This document shows positions 30,648 to 40,549 of a DNA stretch of 64,000 bases, piece by piece; positions within the stretch are counted from its first letter, which is position 1, and the number at the start of each line of letters is the position of its first letter. The position numbers and the translations under genes are program-made. The stretch lies in the NCBI GenBank assembly GCA_963846575.1, contig CAWJWJ010000002.1, positions 1,600,001-1,664,000 on the forward strand, in the 5' to 3' direction. Under the pieces are notes generated by a model. It did no database searches. It saw nothing but the letters and a program-made list of their open reading frames with translations, and was not told the origin of the DNA. The DNA comes from an uncultured Nitrospiraceae bacterium (lineage in GTDB: Bacteria > Nitrospirota > Nitrospiria > Nitrospirales > Nitrospiraceae).

Positions 30648-31722
30648 GAACGCGCAGAATCGCACAGAACAGGCGACTCCGAAGCGCAAAGCAGACGCGC
30701 GCGGCAAAGGCCAGATTGCGCTGAGCCGTGATGCCGTGATGGCGGTGGGATTAGTGGGGAGTCTGGGCGTCCTCTATTGGTTGGGGCCGATCATGTTCGA
30801 GCGGCTCCGCACGATCCTGCAGGTCTGGCTCACGAAATCCGTGGAGGAGACGGCCCGTCGCACCCTCAGCCTCGATCACTTGCATGTCCTCCTCAGACAG
30901 ATCGGCCTGGATGTATTCGTGATGCTCGCCCCGGTGGTGGGAGGCATCGCCGTCCTCGGGCTCGGGGCCAATCTGATGCAAACGGGGTTTCTCTGGAAGC
31001 GGGAGGGGCTGGACTGGGATATCTCGCGCCTCAGTCCCATGGCTGGATTCAAGCGGCTCTTCTCCATTCGCACGGTCAGCGAAATGGTGAAAACCTGGCT
31101 CAAGATCCTCGCCATCGGATTCACCGGGTACATGGCGATCAAAGAGGACATGACGCAATTCTCACCCCTCACCCAGTTCGGGATGGAGACGCTGCTGCCG
31201 ACCGTGGGGTGGGCGACGTTCAAGGCCATGCTCATGATGGGCGGGGCCTCCCTGGTTATCGGCGCCCTCGATTATGGATACCAGCGCTTCGAATGGGAGC
31301 GCGGCTTGCGGATGTCGCGCGAGGAGATCAAGGAGGAGAGCCGCGCCGCGGAAGGAGACCCCGCCCTTCGCGCGAAAGTTCGCAGCACGCAACGAGACAT
31401 GGCTCGCCGCCGCATGATGGCGGAGGTGCCGAAGGCGGATGTGATCGTCACCAACCCCACCCATCTGGCCGTGGCGCTCCGGTACGACCAGAAAGCCATG
31501 GGAGCGCCGGTCGTGGTGGCGAAGGGCGCGGGCTTCATGGCCGAAAAGATCCGCGAGATCGGCCGTCAACATGGAGTCATGATCGTCGAAAACAAACTGG
31601 TGGCCCGGACCCTCTTCAAAATGGTCGAGGTGGGACGAGAGGTCCCTGAGGACCTGTATCGCGCGGTAGCCGAAATTCTCGCCTTTGTGTACCGCGTGCG
31701 CGGCAAGCTGCCGCCGGCATGA
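30640..31722 (+). CDS. flhB: Export switch protein FlhB
   Basis: RTEQATPKRK, NPTH autocleavage motif, LYRAVAEILA. Confidence 0.97.
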   Translation: MAENAQNRTEQATPKRKADARGKGQIALSRDAVMAVGLVGSLGVLYWLGPIMFERLRTILQVWLTKSVEETARRTLSLDHLHVLLRQIGLDVFVMLAPVVGGIAVLGLGANLMQTGFLWKREGLDWDISRLSPMAGFKRLFSIRTVSEMVKTWLKILAIGFTGYMAIKEDMTQFSPLTQFGMETLLPTVGWATFKAMLMMGGASLVIGALDYGYQRFEWERGLRMSREEIKEESRAAEGDPALRAKVRSTQRDMARRRMMAEVPKADVIVTNPTHLAVALRYDQKAMGAPVVVAKGAGFMAEKIREIGRQHGVMIVENKLVARTLFKMVEVGREVPEDLYRAVAEILAFVYRVRGKLPPA

Positions 31723-31738
31723 TCCGGCTCATGGAGCA

Positions 31739-33850
31739 ATGATGGCCAACGACAACGTATCGGTTTCCACGACCTCCCTCGTGAAGCACCCCGACATCCT
31801 GATGTCGGTGGGGGTGGTGGGCATTTTGATGGTGATGTTGATTCCCTTACCGCGTTTCTTCCTGGATCTCCTGCTGAGCTTCAACATCACCCTGTCCATC
31901 ATCATCCTGCTGGTCGGCATGCAGGTCCGCCGTCCCTTGGAATTTTCGGTGTTCCCCTCGATTCTCCTGCTGGTGACCCTGCTGCGGCTGGCGCTCAACA
32001 TCGCCTCCACCAGGCTCATCCTCCTCCACGGCAATGAAGGCGCGGCGGCGGCCGGCGAAGTCATCAGGGCCTTCGGGAATTTCGTCGTCGGGGGAAACTA
32101 TACGGTCGGACTGGTGGTCTTCACGATTCTGGTCATCATCAACTTCGTGGTCATCACGAAAGGTGCGGGCCGGGTGGCCGAAGTCGCTGCGCGGTTTACG
32201 TTGGATGCGATGCCCGGCAAACAGATGAGCATCGATGCGGACTTGAATGCCGGTTTGATCAACGACAAAGAAGCCCGGCAGCGCCGGAAGGAAGTGGCCC
32301 AGGAAGCGGATTTCTATGGAGCCATGGACGGAGCCAGTAAGTTCGTCCGTGGGGATGCCGTGGCGGCCGTGGTCATCACCCTCGTCAATATTCTGGGCGG
32401 GTTGACCATCGGCGTGCTGCAGCAGGGCATGAGCATGGCGGCCGCGGCCCAGACCTACACCTTGCTGACGGTGGGCGAAGGCCTCGTGGCGCAGGTGCCC
32501 GCATTGATCGTGTCCACCGCAGCCGGTATCGTCATTACCCGGGCCGCCTCCGAAGTGAATCTTGGATTTGAGATCACCCGACAGGTCCTCCTCTCTCCCA
32601 AAGCGATCGGGACCGCCTCGGGAATCCTGCTGGCCTTGGGCCTGGTGCCAGGTCTTCCCCATGTGGCGTTCCTGGCTCTGGGCGGCATGACGGGCTGGAT
32701 GGCCTATCAGATCAATGAACAGCAGAAGGCCATCGCGACGGCTCCCGCAGAGGCATCACCCCAGGTGAAAGCAGAAGATGCCGGCACGCAGGTGGTCCCT
32801 CTCGATCTGATGGAAGTGCAGGTCGGTTACGGCCTCATCAGTCTGGTCGACGGGGGGCAGGGCGGCGCATTGCTCGACCGCATCAAGGGCCTTCGACGCC
32901 AGTTCGCCGAACAAATGGGCTTTGTTCTGCCACCGATCCACATCCGGGATAACCTCCAACTCCGCCCGAACGAATATGCGGCCCTGCTCAAGGGAGTGGA
33001 ACTCGCTAAATCGGAAGTGATGCCGGCGCATGTGCTCGCGATCGATCCCGGCACGGCCCAGCGGGGAGTCATCCACGGCCTCCCCACCAAAGAACCGGCG
33101 TTCGGGCTTCCGGCGATCTGGGTACCGGAGCAGGCGCGCGAGCAGGCGCAGATGGCGGGCTACACCGTCGTGGATCCCGGATCGGCCATCGCGACGCATC
33201 TGTCTGAACTCATCAAACGGCATGCGCACGAACTCTTAGGGCGGCAAGAAGTGCAGGGTTTGCTCGATCAGTTGGGGAAAAATCATCCCAAGCTGGTCGA
33301 GGAAGTCATCCCGAACCTGATCCCCTTAGGAACATTGGTCAGAGTTTTGTCACATCTCCTGCGGGAAAGTGTTCCCATCCGTGATCTCCGCAGCATCCTC
33401 GAAACCCTGGCCGACCATGCGGCCACCACCAAGGATCCGGAGATTCTCACGGAAATCGCCCGCCAGGCGCTGGGACGGACCATCACCAAGCAATATCTCG
33501 CGTCGGACGGCTCCCTGCCGATTATCGGCCTTGATCCCCGGTTGGATCGAACGCTCGCCGATCAGGCGAATGCGACGGCCAGCGGGAACCAATGGATGCC
33601 GGATCCGATGGTGGCACAGAAACTGCTCACTGCGTTGAAGGCCGCAGCGGAGCGAATGGTCGGTCGAGGACATCAACCGGTGATTTTGTGCTCACCCTCA
33701 CTGAGACGACATCTGCGAAAACTCACGGACCGCATATTGCATTCCGTTCCGATCTTAGGTCTGAACGAGGTGGAAAGCGTAGTCCGATTGCAGGCGGTGG
33801 AAACGGTGCGGCTCGACATCGAAGTCGCTGAGACCAGGAGCTTGGCATGA
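31739..33850 (+). CDS. flhA: Export gate protein FlhA
   Basis: RVAEVAARFTLDAMPGKQMSIDAD, FYGAMDGASKFVRGD. Confidence 0.97.
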   Translation: MMANDNVSVSTTSLVKHPDILMSVGVVGILMVMLIPLPRFFLDLLLSFNITLSIIILLVGMQVRRPLEFSVFPSILLLVTLLRLALNIASTRLILLHGNEGAAAAGEVIRAFGNFVVGGNYTVGLVVFTILVIINFVVITKGAGRVAEVAARFTLDAMPGKQMSIDADLNAGLINDKEARQRRKEVAQEADFYGAMDGASKFVRGDAVAAVVITLVNILGGLTIGVLQQGMSMAAAAQTYTLLTVGEGLVAQVPALIVSTAAGIVITRAASEVNLGFEITRQVLLSPKAIGTASGILLALGLVPGLPHVAFLALGGMTGWMAYQINEQQKAIATAPAEASPQVKAEDAGTQVVPLDLMEVQVGYGLISLVDGGQGGALLDRIKGLRRQFAEQMGFVLPPIHIRDNLQLRPNEYAALLKGVELAKSEVMPAHVLAIDPGTAQRGVIHGLPTKEPAFGLPAIWVPEQAREQAQMAGYTVVDPGSAIATHLSELIKRHAHELLGRQEVQGLLDQLGKNHPKLVEEVIPNLIPLGTLVRVLSHLLRESVPIRDLRSILETLADHAATTKDPEILTEIARQALGRTITKQYLASDGSLPIIGLDPRLDRTLADQANATASGNQWMPDPMVAQKLLTALKAAAERMVGRGHQPVILCSPSLRRHLRKLTDRILHSVPILGLNEVESVVRLQAVETVRLDIEVAETRSLA

Positions 33851-35142
33851 AGGTACGCACATTCCACGTGAAATCGATGCATGAGGCCATTCAGTCCATC
33901 AAGAACACTCTCGGGCCGGATGCGGTCATCTTATCTACCAAACGGGTGCGCTCGTGGGATAACGCGTTCGGTCTGATGGGTGGATCGGTGCTCGAGGTCA
34001 TGGCCGCCATCGAGGATGACGCCGCCATACCCGCGGCAGCTCCGTTGCTGGGTGAAGACGATCGGGCGCTGACGTCCACCTCGCAGGCTCCCTCGCTGCC
34101 GAAGGAGGAATCGCGGTTTCAACAGACTTTACAGGGGGCCATGACCACATCGGTCGAACCGGCGCGAACGACCGCTCGTACGGGACATGCCCGTCCCGCC
34201 ACGATGGGCCTCCATGATTCGCGCCCAACCCCGGTGACAACACGCGGCAGGGGAGACAGTACCGGAGCCATCCATTCCTTTCAGCGCGTGTACGAAGACT
34301 TACTGGCCCAGGGGGTGGAAGCGGCCACGGCGGAAAGTTGCCTCCGCGAATTACAGGAGACGCTGATCGAACCGGGAGCCTCGCAGCGCCATTCCTCCAT
34401 GCAGTTGCTCCGGACGGTGCTGTTGTCGCGTGTGAGCACCGCCGGCCCCTTGCTGAGTACGGGAGGAGAACAGAAGGTTGCGCTCTTCATCGGACCAAGC
34501 GGGGCGGGGAAGACCTCCACCATAGCTAAGCTGGCCACGCAGTACGGAATCGTCGAACAACGGAGTATTGCACTGATCACGATGGATACCTTTCGCCCGG
34601 CGGGGGTGGAACATCTCCGGCTGTATGCGGAGGTATTGGGCATCGACCTCACCGTGGCTCATTCCTGTGACGAGGTTCGCGCGGCCATTGCCCAATCGCG
34701 CGAAGCCGAGCTGATCATGATCGATACGGCAGGTTTCAATCCCTATCAGCCCATCGCGGCTCAACGGTGGCGGGGGTTGGTCACCGGCGATTGCCCGATG
34801 GAGGCGCACCTTGTCCTAACCGCCGGAACCAGAGTACCGGACCTGGTGGTCAGTGCCAGCCAGTGCATGGACGTCCCGTCCTTGCGGTTGTTGTTTACCA
34901 AGCTCGATGAGACGGCGGGATACGGCGGGATATTTGAAGCGGCGCATCGTACGGGAGTGCCACTGTCCTATTGGGGAACCGGGCAACGAGTGCCCGATGA
35001 CCTCGTGCAGGCGCAGGTCGATCGGTTGGGGGACCTGCTGCTCGGAGGACAGGTCAGAACGCCGATGTTGGGCGCGAGTCAGTCATGGGATCGGCAGGGC
35101 ACGCACGCCATCGTGCCCGGGTTCAAAACGCACTCACGATAG
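33847..35142 (+). CDS. flhF: SRP-family GTPase FlhF
   Basis: GPSGAGKTSTIAKLA, DTFR, DTAG, TKLDET, GQRVPDD. Confidence 0.95.
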   Translation: MKVRTFHVKSMHEAIQSIKNTLGPDAVILSTKRVRSWDNAFGLMGGSVLEVMAAIEDDAAIPAAAPLLGEDDRALTSTSQAPSLPKEESRFQQTLQGAMTTSVEPARTTARTGHARPATMGLHDSRPTPVTTRGRGDSTGAIHSFQRVYEDLLAQGVEAATAESCLRELQETLIEPGASQRHSSMQLLRTVLLSRVSTAGPLLSTGGEQKVALFIGPSGAGKTSTIAKLATQYGIVEQRSIALITMDTFRPAGVEHLRLYAEVLGIDLTVAHSCDEVRAAIAQSREAELIMIDTAGFNPYQPIAAQRWRGLVTGDCPMEAHLVLTAGTRVPDLVVSASQCMDVPSLRLLFTKLDETAGYGGIFEAAHRTGVPLSYWGTGQRVPDDLVQAQVDRLGDLLLGGQVRTPMLGASQSWDRQGTHAIVPGFKTHSR

Positions 35143-35176
35143 GTCGTAGTTGAACAAGAGGGGAGAGACCATACCG

Positions 35177-36037
35177 ATGCAACCTGGAATTCTGGATCCA
35201 CAGGCAAACATGCCCGATGACAGCATCATGGCCTCCCGAACGCAGGTCATTACGGTCACGAGCGGAAAAGGCGGGGTTGGAAAAACCAACGTGGTGGCGA
35301 ACACCGCCATTGCCTTGGCTCAAACCGGGAAACGCGTGCTCGTGCTCGACGCCGATCTTGGCTTGGGCAATATCGATATCCTGCTCGGTCTGACACCCAA
35401 ATACACCCTGGAGCATGTGCTGGCCAAGACCTGCCGGCTCGAAGACATCGCCCTGACAGGGCCGAACGGCATCGTCGTCTTGCCCGCCAGCACCGGCATT
35501 TCCCAACTGACGGTATTGACCGAAGCTCAGCAGCTCATCCTGCAGGAGGAACTGGAACGGCTGGCCTCCACCATGGATGTCTTGCTGATCGATACGGGAG
35601 CCGGGATTTCTTCGACCGTCACCTACTTCGCAGCGGCGGCTCAATCGATCGTGATCGTGGTGTCACCGGAACCCACGTCGCTCACGGACGCCTACGCCTT
35701 GATGAAAGTCCTCCTGCGCCAGTACCGTGAACGTCGCTTCCATGTCCTCGTCAATATGGTGAAGTCACCGAAGGATGCGGCCCGTGTCTATCGCAAGCTG
35801 GAACTGGCGGTGAGCCGGTTTCTGCATATTTCTCTCGATTACCTGGGGGCGATCCCGCTGGACGATTACGTGCCGATGGCCGTCACCCAGCAGCGGGCCG
35901 TCATCGACCTCTTTCCCAACGCGCCCGCCAGTCGAGCGTTCCGAGAACTCACGGACGCAGTCGCTCAGTTGAGACCCCCGGCACTTCCCAAAGGCACAGT
36001 GCAGTTCCTCTGGCAACAACTCATACGGACGCACTGA
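35177..36037 (+). CDS. flhG: MinD-like flagellar number regulator FlhG/FleN
   Basis: SGKGGVGKT, DADLGLGN, IDTGAGI, PEPTSLTDAYAL; start uncertain (35150, 35177 or later). Confidence 0.93.
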   Translation: MQPGILDPQANMPDDSIMASRTQVITVTSGKGGVGKTNVVANTAIALAQTGKRVLVLDADLGLGNIDILLGLTPKYTLEHVLAKTCRLEDIALTGPNGIVVLPASTGISQLTVLTEAQQLILQEELERLASTMDVLLIDTGAGISSTVTYFAAAAQSIVIVVSPEPTSLTDAYALMKVLLRQYRERRFHVLVNMVKSPKDAARVYRKLELAVSRFLHISLDYLGAIPLDDYVPMAVTQQRAVIDLFPNAPASRAFRELTDAVAQLRPPALPKGTVQFLWQQLIRTH

Positions 36038-36059
36038 CTGAAAGGATCGCACGGATAAC

Positions 36060-36818
36060 ATGGATGTTCACAAAATGCCTGTCGTGAAGAGCGCGCCCCG
36101 CAAAGCCATCGCGGAATCCGATCGCGAACGGGTCATTCAGGAATTCACGCACGTGGTCAAAGCGATGGCCCACCGGTTGGCCTTTCGCCTGCCGGCCTAT
36201 ATGGATGCCGAGGACCTGATGTCCGTCGGGATCATGGGCTTGATGGATGCCATGGACAAGTATGATCCGACCCGCGAGGCCAAGTTCAAGACCTACGCGG
36301 AGTTCAGGATCCGCGGCGCCATGCTGGACGAAATCCGTTCGATGGATTGGATCCCGCGCTCGGTGCACGAACGGATCACGCTGCTTCAGAAAACCTATTC
36401 GGAGCTGTTGCATCGTTTAGGGCGCCCGCCGACGGATCAGGAAGTGGGCAAGGAACTCCACATGTCGGCGGAGGAACTGGATGAATTTCTGACCCGCTCC
36501 CGAGGAGCGGTCGTCATCAGTATCGATGATCTCGGGGTGCAGGATACCGACGGGCACAAGATCATCAGCGTGCTCACCGATTCCAATCAACCGGATCCGC
36601 TGTCCGTGCTGGTCAGCGAACGCGCGCGACACGTGCTGGAATCGGCGATCCACGAATTGCCCGAGAAGGAACGGACGGTACTCTCCCTGTATTATTTCGA
36701 AGAACTCACCATGAAGGAAATCGGGCAAGCGCTCAAGGTGACGGAATCGCGCGTCTGCCAGATACATTCGAAAGCCATCCTCCATCTAAAAGCGCGGCTG
36801 GAGCCGGTCGACGCCTAG
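36060..36818 (+). CDS. fliA: Flagellar sigma factor sigma28 FliA
   Basis: RIRGAMLDEIRSMDWIPRSV, LYYFEELTMKEIG..VTESRVCQIH. Confidence 0.97.
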   Translation: MDVHKMPVVKSAPRKAIAESDRERVIQEFTHVVKAMAHRLAFRLPAYMDAEDLMSVGIMGLMDAMDKYDPTREAKFKTYAEFRIRGAMLDEIRSMDWIPRSVHERITLLQKTYSELLHRLGRPPTDQEVGKELHMSAEELDEFLTRSRGAVVISIDDLGVQDTDGHKIISVLTDSNQPDPLSVLVSERARHVLESAIHELPEKERTVLSLYYFEELTMKEIGQALKVTESRVCQIHSKAILHLKARLEPVDA

Positions 36819-36922
36819 GCTCGGCGCGCTGGATGCCACTACAGGATAACTCAGGATAGCTGTCGTTGGTGGCCATTGGTGACCATCCACAGCTTCCACA
36901 CCCTCGAGCACGGGTTCCATAC

Positions 36923-36950
36923 TTCAGTTTCCTGCCTCCGGCTCCGATAT
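36923..36950 (+). promoter_or_regulatory. Sigma28-like promoter of the degenerate GGDEF gene
   Basis: TTCAGTTT-N12-TCCGATAT, with the same spacing as the flgM promoter. Confidence 0.55.
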
Positions 36951-36996
36951 CACCCTAGCCCCGGACAGCCAACCATCATCACTTTATTCTAGATGT

Positions 36997-37866
36997 ATGA
37001 CGGCACCACACCTCGATCCATCAGGTTCACAAGGATTTCACGGGCCGGAATCGGGGCGATCGTCGTCCCCCTTTACTAGCGAAGGCGGCTTTGATACGGC
37101 CCGGCTCGGTGTGTTGGCCTGTATCCTCTTCATGGCCGGCGGCCTCTACTGGACCGCGTCGGTCGGCCTCCTGACCCTTTCGGCCTTGAAGGCGTATCCC
37201 GTCATGATCGCGGCGGGAGGCGCGGCCATCGCCGTCATTGTCCTGGGCACCACGTTCTGGACTTCGAGGAGCCCAGCCCCGGGCGCTATCGCGCAGTTTC
37301 CCGCGGCAGACTTACACAGCCCTTGCACGAGTACCTACGATTCGGTCACCGGCTTACCGACCACCCGTCTCTTCACTTCACTCCTGACTCAGGCCTTGGA
37401 AAGAACCCGCAACAAGACCCATCAGGTCGCAGTCCTCCTCGTCGAGATGGATCACTTCACCTTGACGGCCGACTTGGACGCATTGGTCAATCGAAACCTG
37501 GTGTACCGCGTGCAGGCGGCCCGGATCAAAAGCGCTCTCCGGACCACTGATTGCGTTGCCCGGGTGGCCGAGCGCACATTCGCCGTGATTGTGGATCATG
37601 TGACGCGCCATGAAGAGGTCGTCACGGCGGCGAACAAGATGCTGGCCGCCCTGTCCTTACCGTTCATCCTCGACAGTCACGAAGTCTTCCTCACCAGTCG
37701 TATCGGCATCAGTCTTTCCACTTTTGAGCATAGCGAAGGGGCGGCTCTGATCAAGTCGGCAACCAGGGCGCTTGCCACCGCCCGCGCCGAAGGTTGCGCG
37801 TTCTACGGTCTTCAGGGCGCTCTCGTGCCCCATCAACCCCAGTCCTCCGGCACGCTCGCAGCGTAA
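36997..37866 (+). CDS. Membrane-anchored degenerate GGDEF-domain protein
   Basis: Two TM segments; YDSVTGLP..EMDHF; LRTTDCVARVAERTF aligns with RxxD..RxGGDEF. Confidence 0.8.
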   Translation: MTAPHLDPSGSQGFHGPESGRSSSPFTSEGGFDTARLGVLACILFMAGGLYWTASVGLLTLSALKAYPVMIAAGGAAIAVIVLGTTFWTSRSPAPGAIAQFPAADLHSPCTSTYDSVTGLPTTRLFTSLLTQALERTRNKTHQVAVLLVEMDHFTLTADLDALVNRNLVYRVQAARIKSALRTTDCVARVAERTFAVIVDHVTRHEEVVTAANKMLAALSLPFILDSHEVFLTSRIGISLSTFEHSEGAALIKSATRALATARAEGCAFYGLQGALVPHQPQSSGTLAA

Positions 37867-38087
37867 TCTCTTCTCCATCTCCCCGGTCCTCATCCGCACT
37901 AGGCAGGAGTTTCCCCTGTGCGAGGCAAAGACTTCCTCCTCTCCGCGCAGGCGCCGCTACCTCGATAGGGGCCGGTGTCTGTCATCACTGAGTCGACCTA
38001 CAACCGCGACGAGCATGTACCGGCAATCATGAAGGATTTGTCATCGATCCTGTAGCGGGTGCATCGCGCGCGGCGAGAAGGAGAGGA

Positions 38088-38103
38088 TGGCACGTCGATT
38101 GCT
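38088..38103 (+). promoter_or_regulatory. Sigma54 promoter of the flgF operon
   Basis: TGGCACGTCGATTGCT, consensus match; enhancer pair at 37901 and 37923. Confidence 0.85.
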
Positions 38104-38146
38104 AGTCCCCCAGTAGCACATCAGAAACGGTCGGAACGCCTACACC

Positions 38147-38917
38147 ATGAATCGAGCCATTTATCCCATACTCTCCGGCGCGGTGGCGCAAGAAAAACAA
38201 CTCCAGGTGTTCGCCAACAATTTGGCGAACGTCAATACGGCAGGATTCAAACAGGATCAACAGGGCTTCCGCGGGTTTTTCGCTCGAGCCACGTCCACAG
38301 TCCCCGGCAGTACGTCCGGCAATGGCCTGGCGTCGATGATTGCCGTCCGGCCGGCCGGCCCGACGGAGCGCGTGTTCGCCGAGTCGAACATTGTGCGGAC
38401 CGCCTTCGAACCGGGACGGATTCGCATTACCGGCAACCCGCTCGATGTCGCCATACAGGGGAATGGCTTTTTTGAGGTGAAGACCGCCGATGGCGTGCGT
38501 TACACGCGTAACGGCATATTTTCACTCGATAACCAGCGACGCCTGGTCACCAACCAGGGGCAGCCGGTGATGGGTCGCCAGGGTGAGATCAAAGTGCCGC
38601 CCGGCAACATTCAAATCAATTCCGAGGGCGGCATCCAGGTTGAGGGCATCCCCATCGGCACCATTAAAGTGGTGGAGTTTCAGGAAAACCACATGCCGCG
38701 GAAGTTTGCTGAAGGGTTGTTCGTCGGCGGGACGCCGACGGTCGCACTGAAACCTCAGGTGCAGTCTGGACACATCGAAGAATCGAACGTCAATTCCCTC
38801 AGCGAGATGGTGCAGATGATGCAAGGCATGCGCAGTTATGAGTCGGCGCAAAAACTGATTCAGACACTGGACCATATGACGGAGACGGCGATACAGGACC
38901 TGGGCCGGGTGCAATAG
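38147..38917 (+). CDS. flgF: Basal-body rod protein FlgF
   Basis: ANNLANVNTAGFK, TGNPLDVAIQGNGFF, EESNVN; precedes flgG. Confidence 0.92.
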   Translation: MNRAIYPILSGAVAQEKQLQVFANNLANVNTAGFKQDQQGFRGFFARATSTVPGSTSGNGLASMIAVRPAGPTERVFAESNIVRTAFEPGRIRITGNPLDVAIQGNGFFEVKTADGVRYTRNGIFSLDNQRRLVTNQGQPVMGRQGEIKVPPGNIQINSEGGIQVEGIPIGTIKVVEFQENHMPRKFAEGLFVGGTPTVALKPQVQSGHIEESNVNSLSEMVQMMQGMRSYESAQKLIQTLDHMTETAIQDLGRVQ

Positions 38918-38926
38918 GAGGAATCT

Positions 38927-39718
38927 ATGATTCGCGCAATGTGGACGGCGGCGACGGGCATGACGGCCCAACAACTGAACGTGGACACCATCGCCAACAA
39001 TCTGGCGAACGTCAACACGAACGCGTTCAAGCGCAGCCGGGCGGAATTCGGAGACCTTCTGTATCAGATTCAACGACTGCCGGGAACGAACTCTTCGAAC
39101 GTGGGCGTGTTTCCCGTCGGCGTGCAGGTCGGAGGCGGTGTCCGGCCCATCACCGTCGCCAAGGAATGGATGCAGGGCAACATGCGGCAGACGAGCAACG
39201 ATCTCGATCTGGCCATCGACGGCGCCGGATTCTTCCAGGTGACCAGACCGGACGGCACGATCATGTATACCCGCAACGGATCGTTCAAGCGCGATAACGT
39301 CGGCAATCTCGTCACCGGCGACGGGGACCAGCTCAATCCGGTGATCACGATCCCCTCCGGCGCGCTCAAAATCGATATCGCCCAGGACGGCACCGTGTCC
39401 GTCCTCCTCCCCGGTGTGACCCAGGCCTCGCAGGTCGGACAGATTCAACTCGTACGCTTCGATAATCCTTCAGGATTGGTCGCGATGGGTAGCAATCTCT
39501 TCCTCGACAGCTTTGCCTCTGGACCGGCGCAACAAGGCACCGGTGGATTTTCAACCGGTTTCGGAACGCTCCAACAGGGATTCCTGGAAAGCTCCAACGT
39601 GAACCTGGCCGAAGAGATGGTCAATATGATCATCGCCCAGCGGAGTTATGAAATTAATTCGAAGACGATCCAGGCATCCGATGAAATGATGCAAATTGCC
39701 AACAACCTGCGGCGGTAA
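38927..39718 (+). CDS. flgG: Distal rod protein FlgG
   Basis: MIRAMWTAATGM..EFGDLLYQ, QRSYEINSKTIQASDEM. Confidence 0.97.
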   Translation: MIRAMWTAATGMTAQQLNVDTIANNLANVNTNAFKRSRAEFGDLLYQIQRLPGTNSSNVGVFPVGVQVGGGVRPITVAKEWMQGNMRQTSNDLDLAIDGAGFFQVTRPDGTIMYTRNGSFKRDNVGNLVTGDGDQLNPVITIPSGALKIDIAQDGTVSVLLPGVTQASQVGQIQLVRFDNPSGLVAMGSNLFLDSFASGPAQQGTGGFSTGFGTLQQGFLESSNVNLAEEMVNMIIAQRSYEINSKTIQASDEMMQIANNLRR

Positions 39719-39751
39719 TCGGGCCCGGATGATCAACCAAGGAAGCGACCA

Positions 39752-40549
39752 GTGATACAAGCTACCCTCATGTTCGTCGCGACGGTCAGCATACTGACGG
39801 GCGCGCTCCTGCCGGCCGGGGGAGGGGAGTCCCTTCATGCCCAGCCGGTGATCAAAATCCACGAGACCTCGTCCCGAAGCGGCCACCAGGGCCGTGCCCT
39901 ACGCGCCAAACGGCTAATCTATCCGGAACAGGTTCGCACGGCCATTCATGGGTTCGTGATGCGGGAGCTCGCCGGCAGAGCCGTGGACTGCCAGGTGGCC
40001 CTCGGCGAACCCCAACAACCGATTGCCGTGCCGACCGGAACTCTCGATCTACAAGTCAGTGCCTCTCGGTCGGACGAGCCGCTCGGTCGCCGGGTGTTTC
40101 AAATTCATCTGGCGGTAGACGGACATTTCGTGAAGACGGTGGATGCGACGGCCGATGTCGCCGCCGTCCTGGAAGTGGTCGTGCCGGTGAGGCCCATCAA
40201 GATGGACGAGCAGATTGAAAGCGACGATGTGACCACCGAGCGCCTCGTGCAGTTCGATCTCAAGCAGCCCTACGTAACCAATCCCGCCGATGTGATCGGC
40301 AAAGCGGCCATTCGACCGCTGCCGGCCCAAAACGCGATACGGTTCACGGCGGTGCGGCGCCCTTATGCGGTGCACAAGGGCGATCGGGTCACCATCGAGG
40401 CTCGCCAGGGGAATCTTTCGATCCAGACCGTCGGCATCACAAAATCTCACGGTGAAATGGGCCAAACCATCATCGTCTCCAACGTGGACTCCGGCAAGGA
40501 ATTGCGGGCGACGGTCGTAGCCCCGGGGGTGGTCCGTGTCAGTTTCTAA
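39752..40549 (+). CDS. flgA: P-ring formation chaperone FlgA
   Basis: Signal peptide, SAF domain, VHKGDRVTI..VSNVDSGKELRATV. Confidence 0.9.
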   Translation: MIQATLMFVATVSILTGALLPAGGGESLHAQPVIKIHETSSRSGHQGRALRAKRLIYPEQVRTAIHGFVMRELAGRAVDCQVALGEPQQPIAVPTGTLDLQVSASRSDEPLGRRVFQIHLAVDGHFVKTVDATADVAAVLEVVVPVRPIKMDEQIESDDVTTERLVQFDLKQPYVTNPADVIGKAAIRPLPAQNAIRFTAVRRPYAVHKGDRVTIEARQGNLSIQTVGITKSHGEMGQTIIVSNVDSGKELRATVVAPGVVRVSF

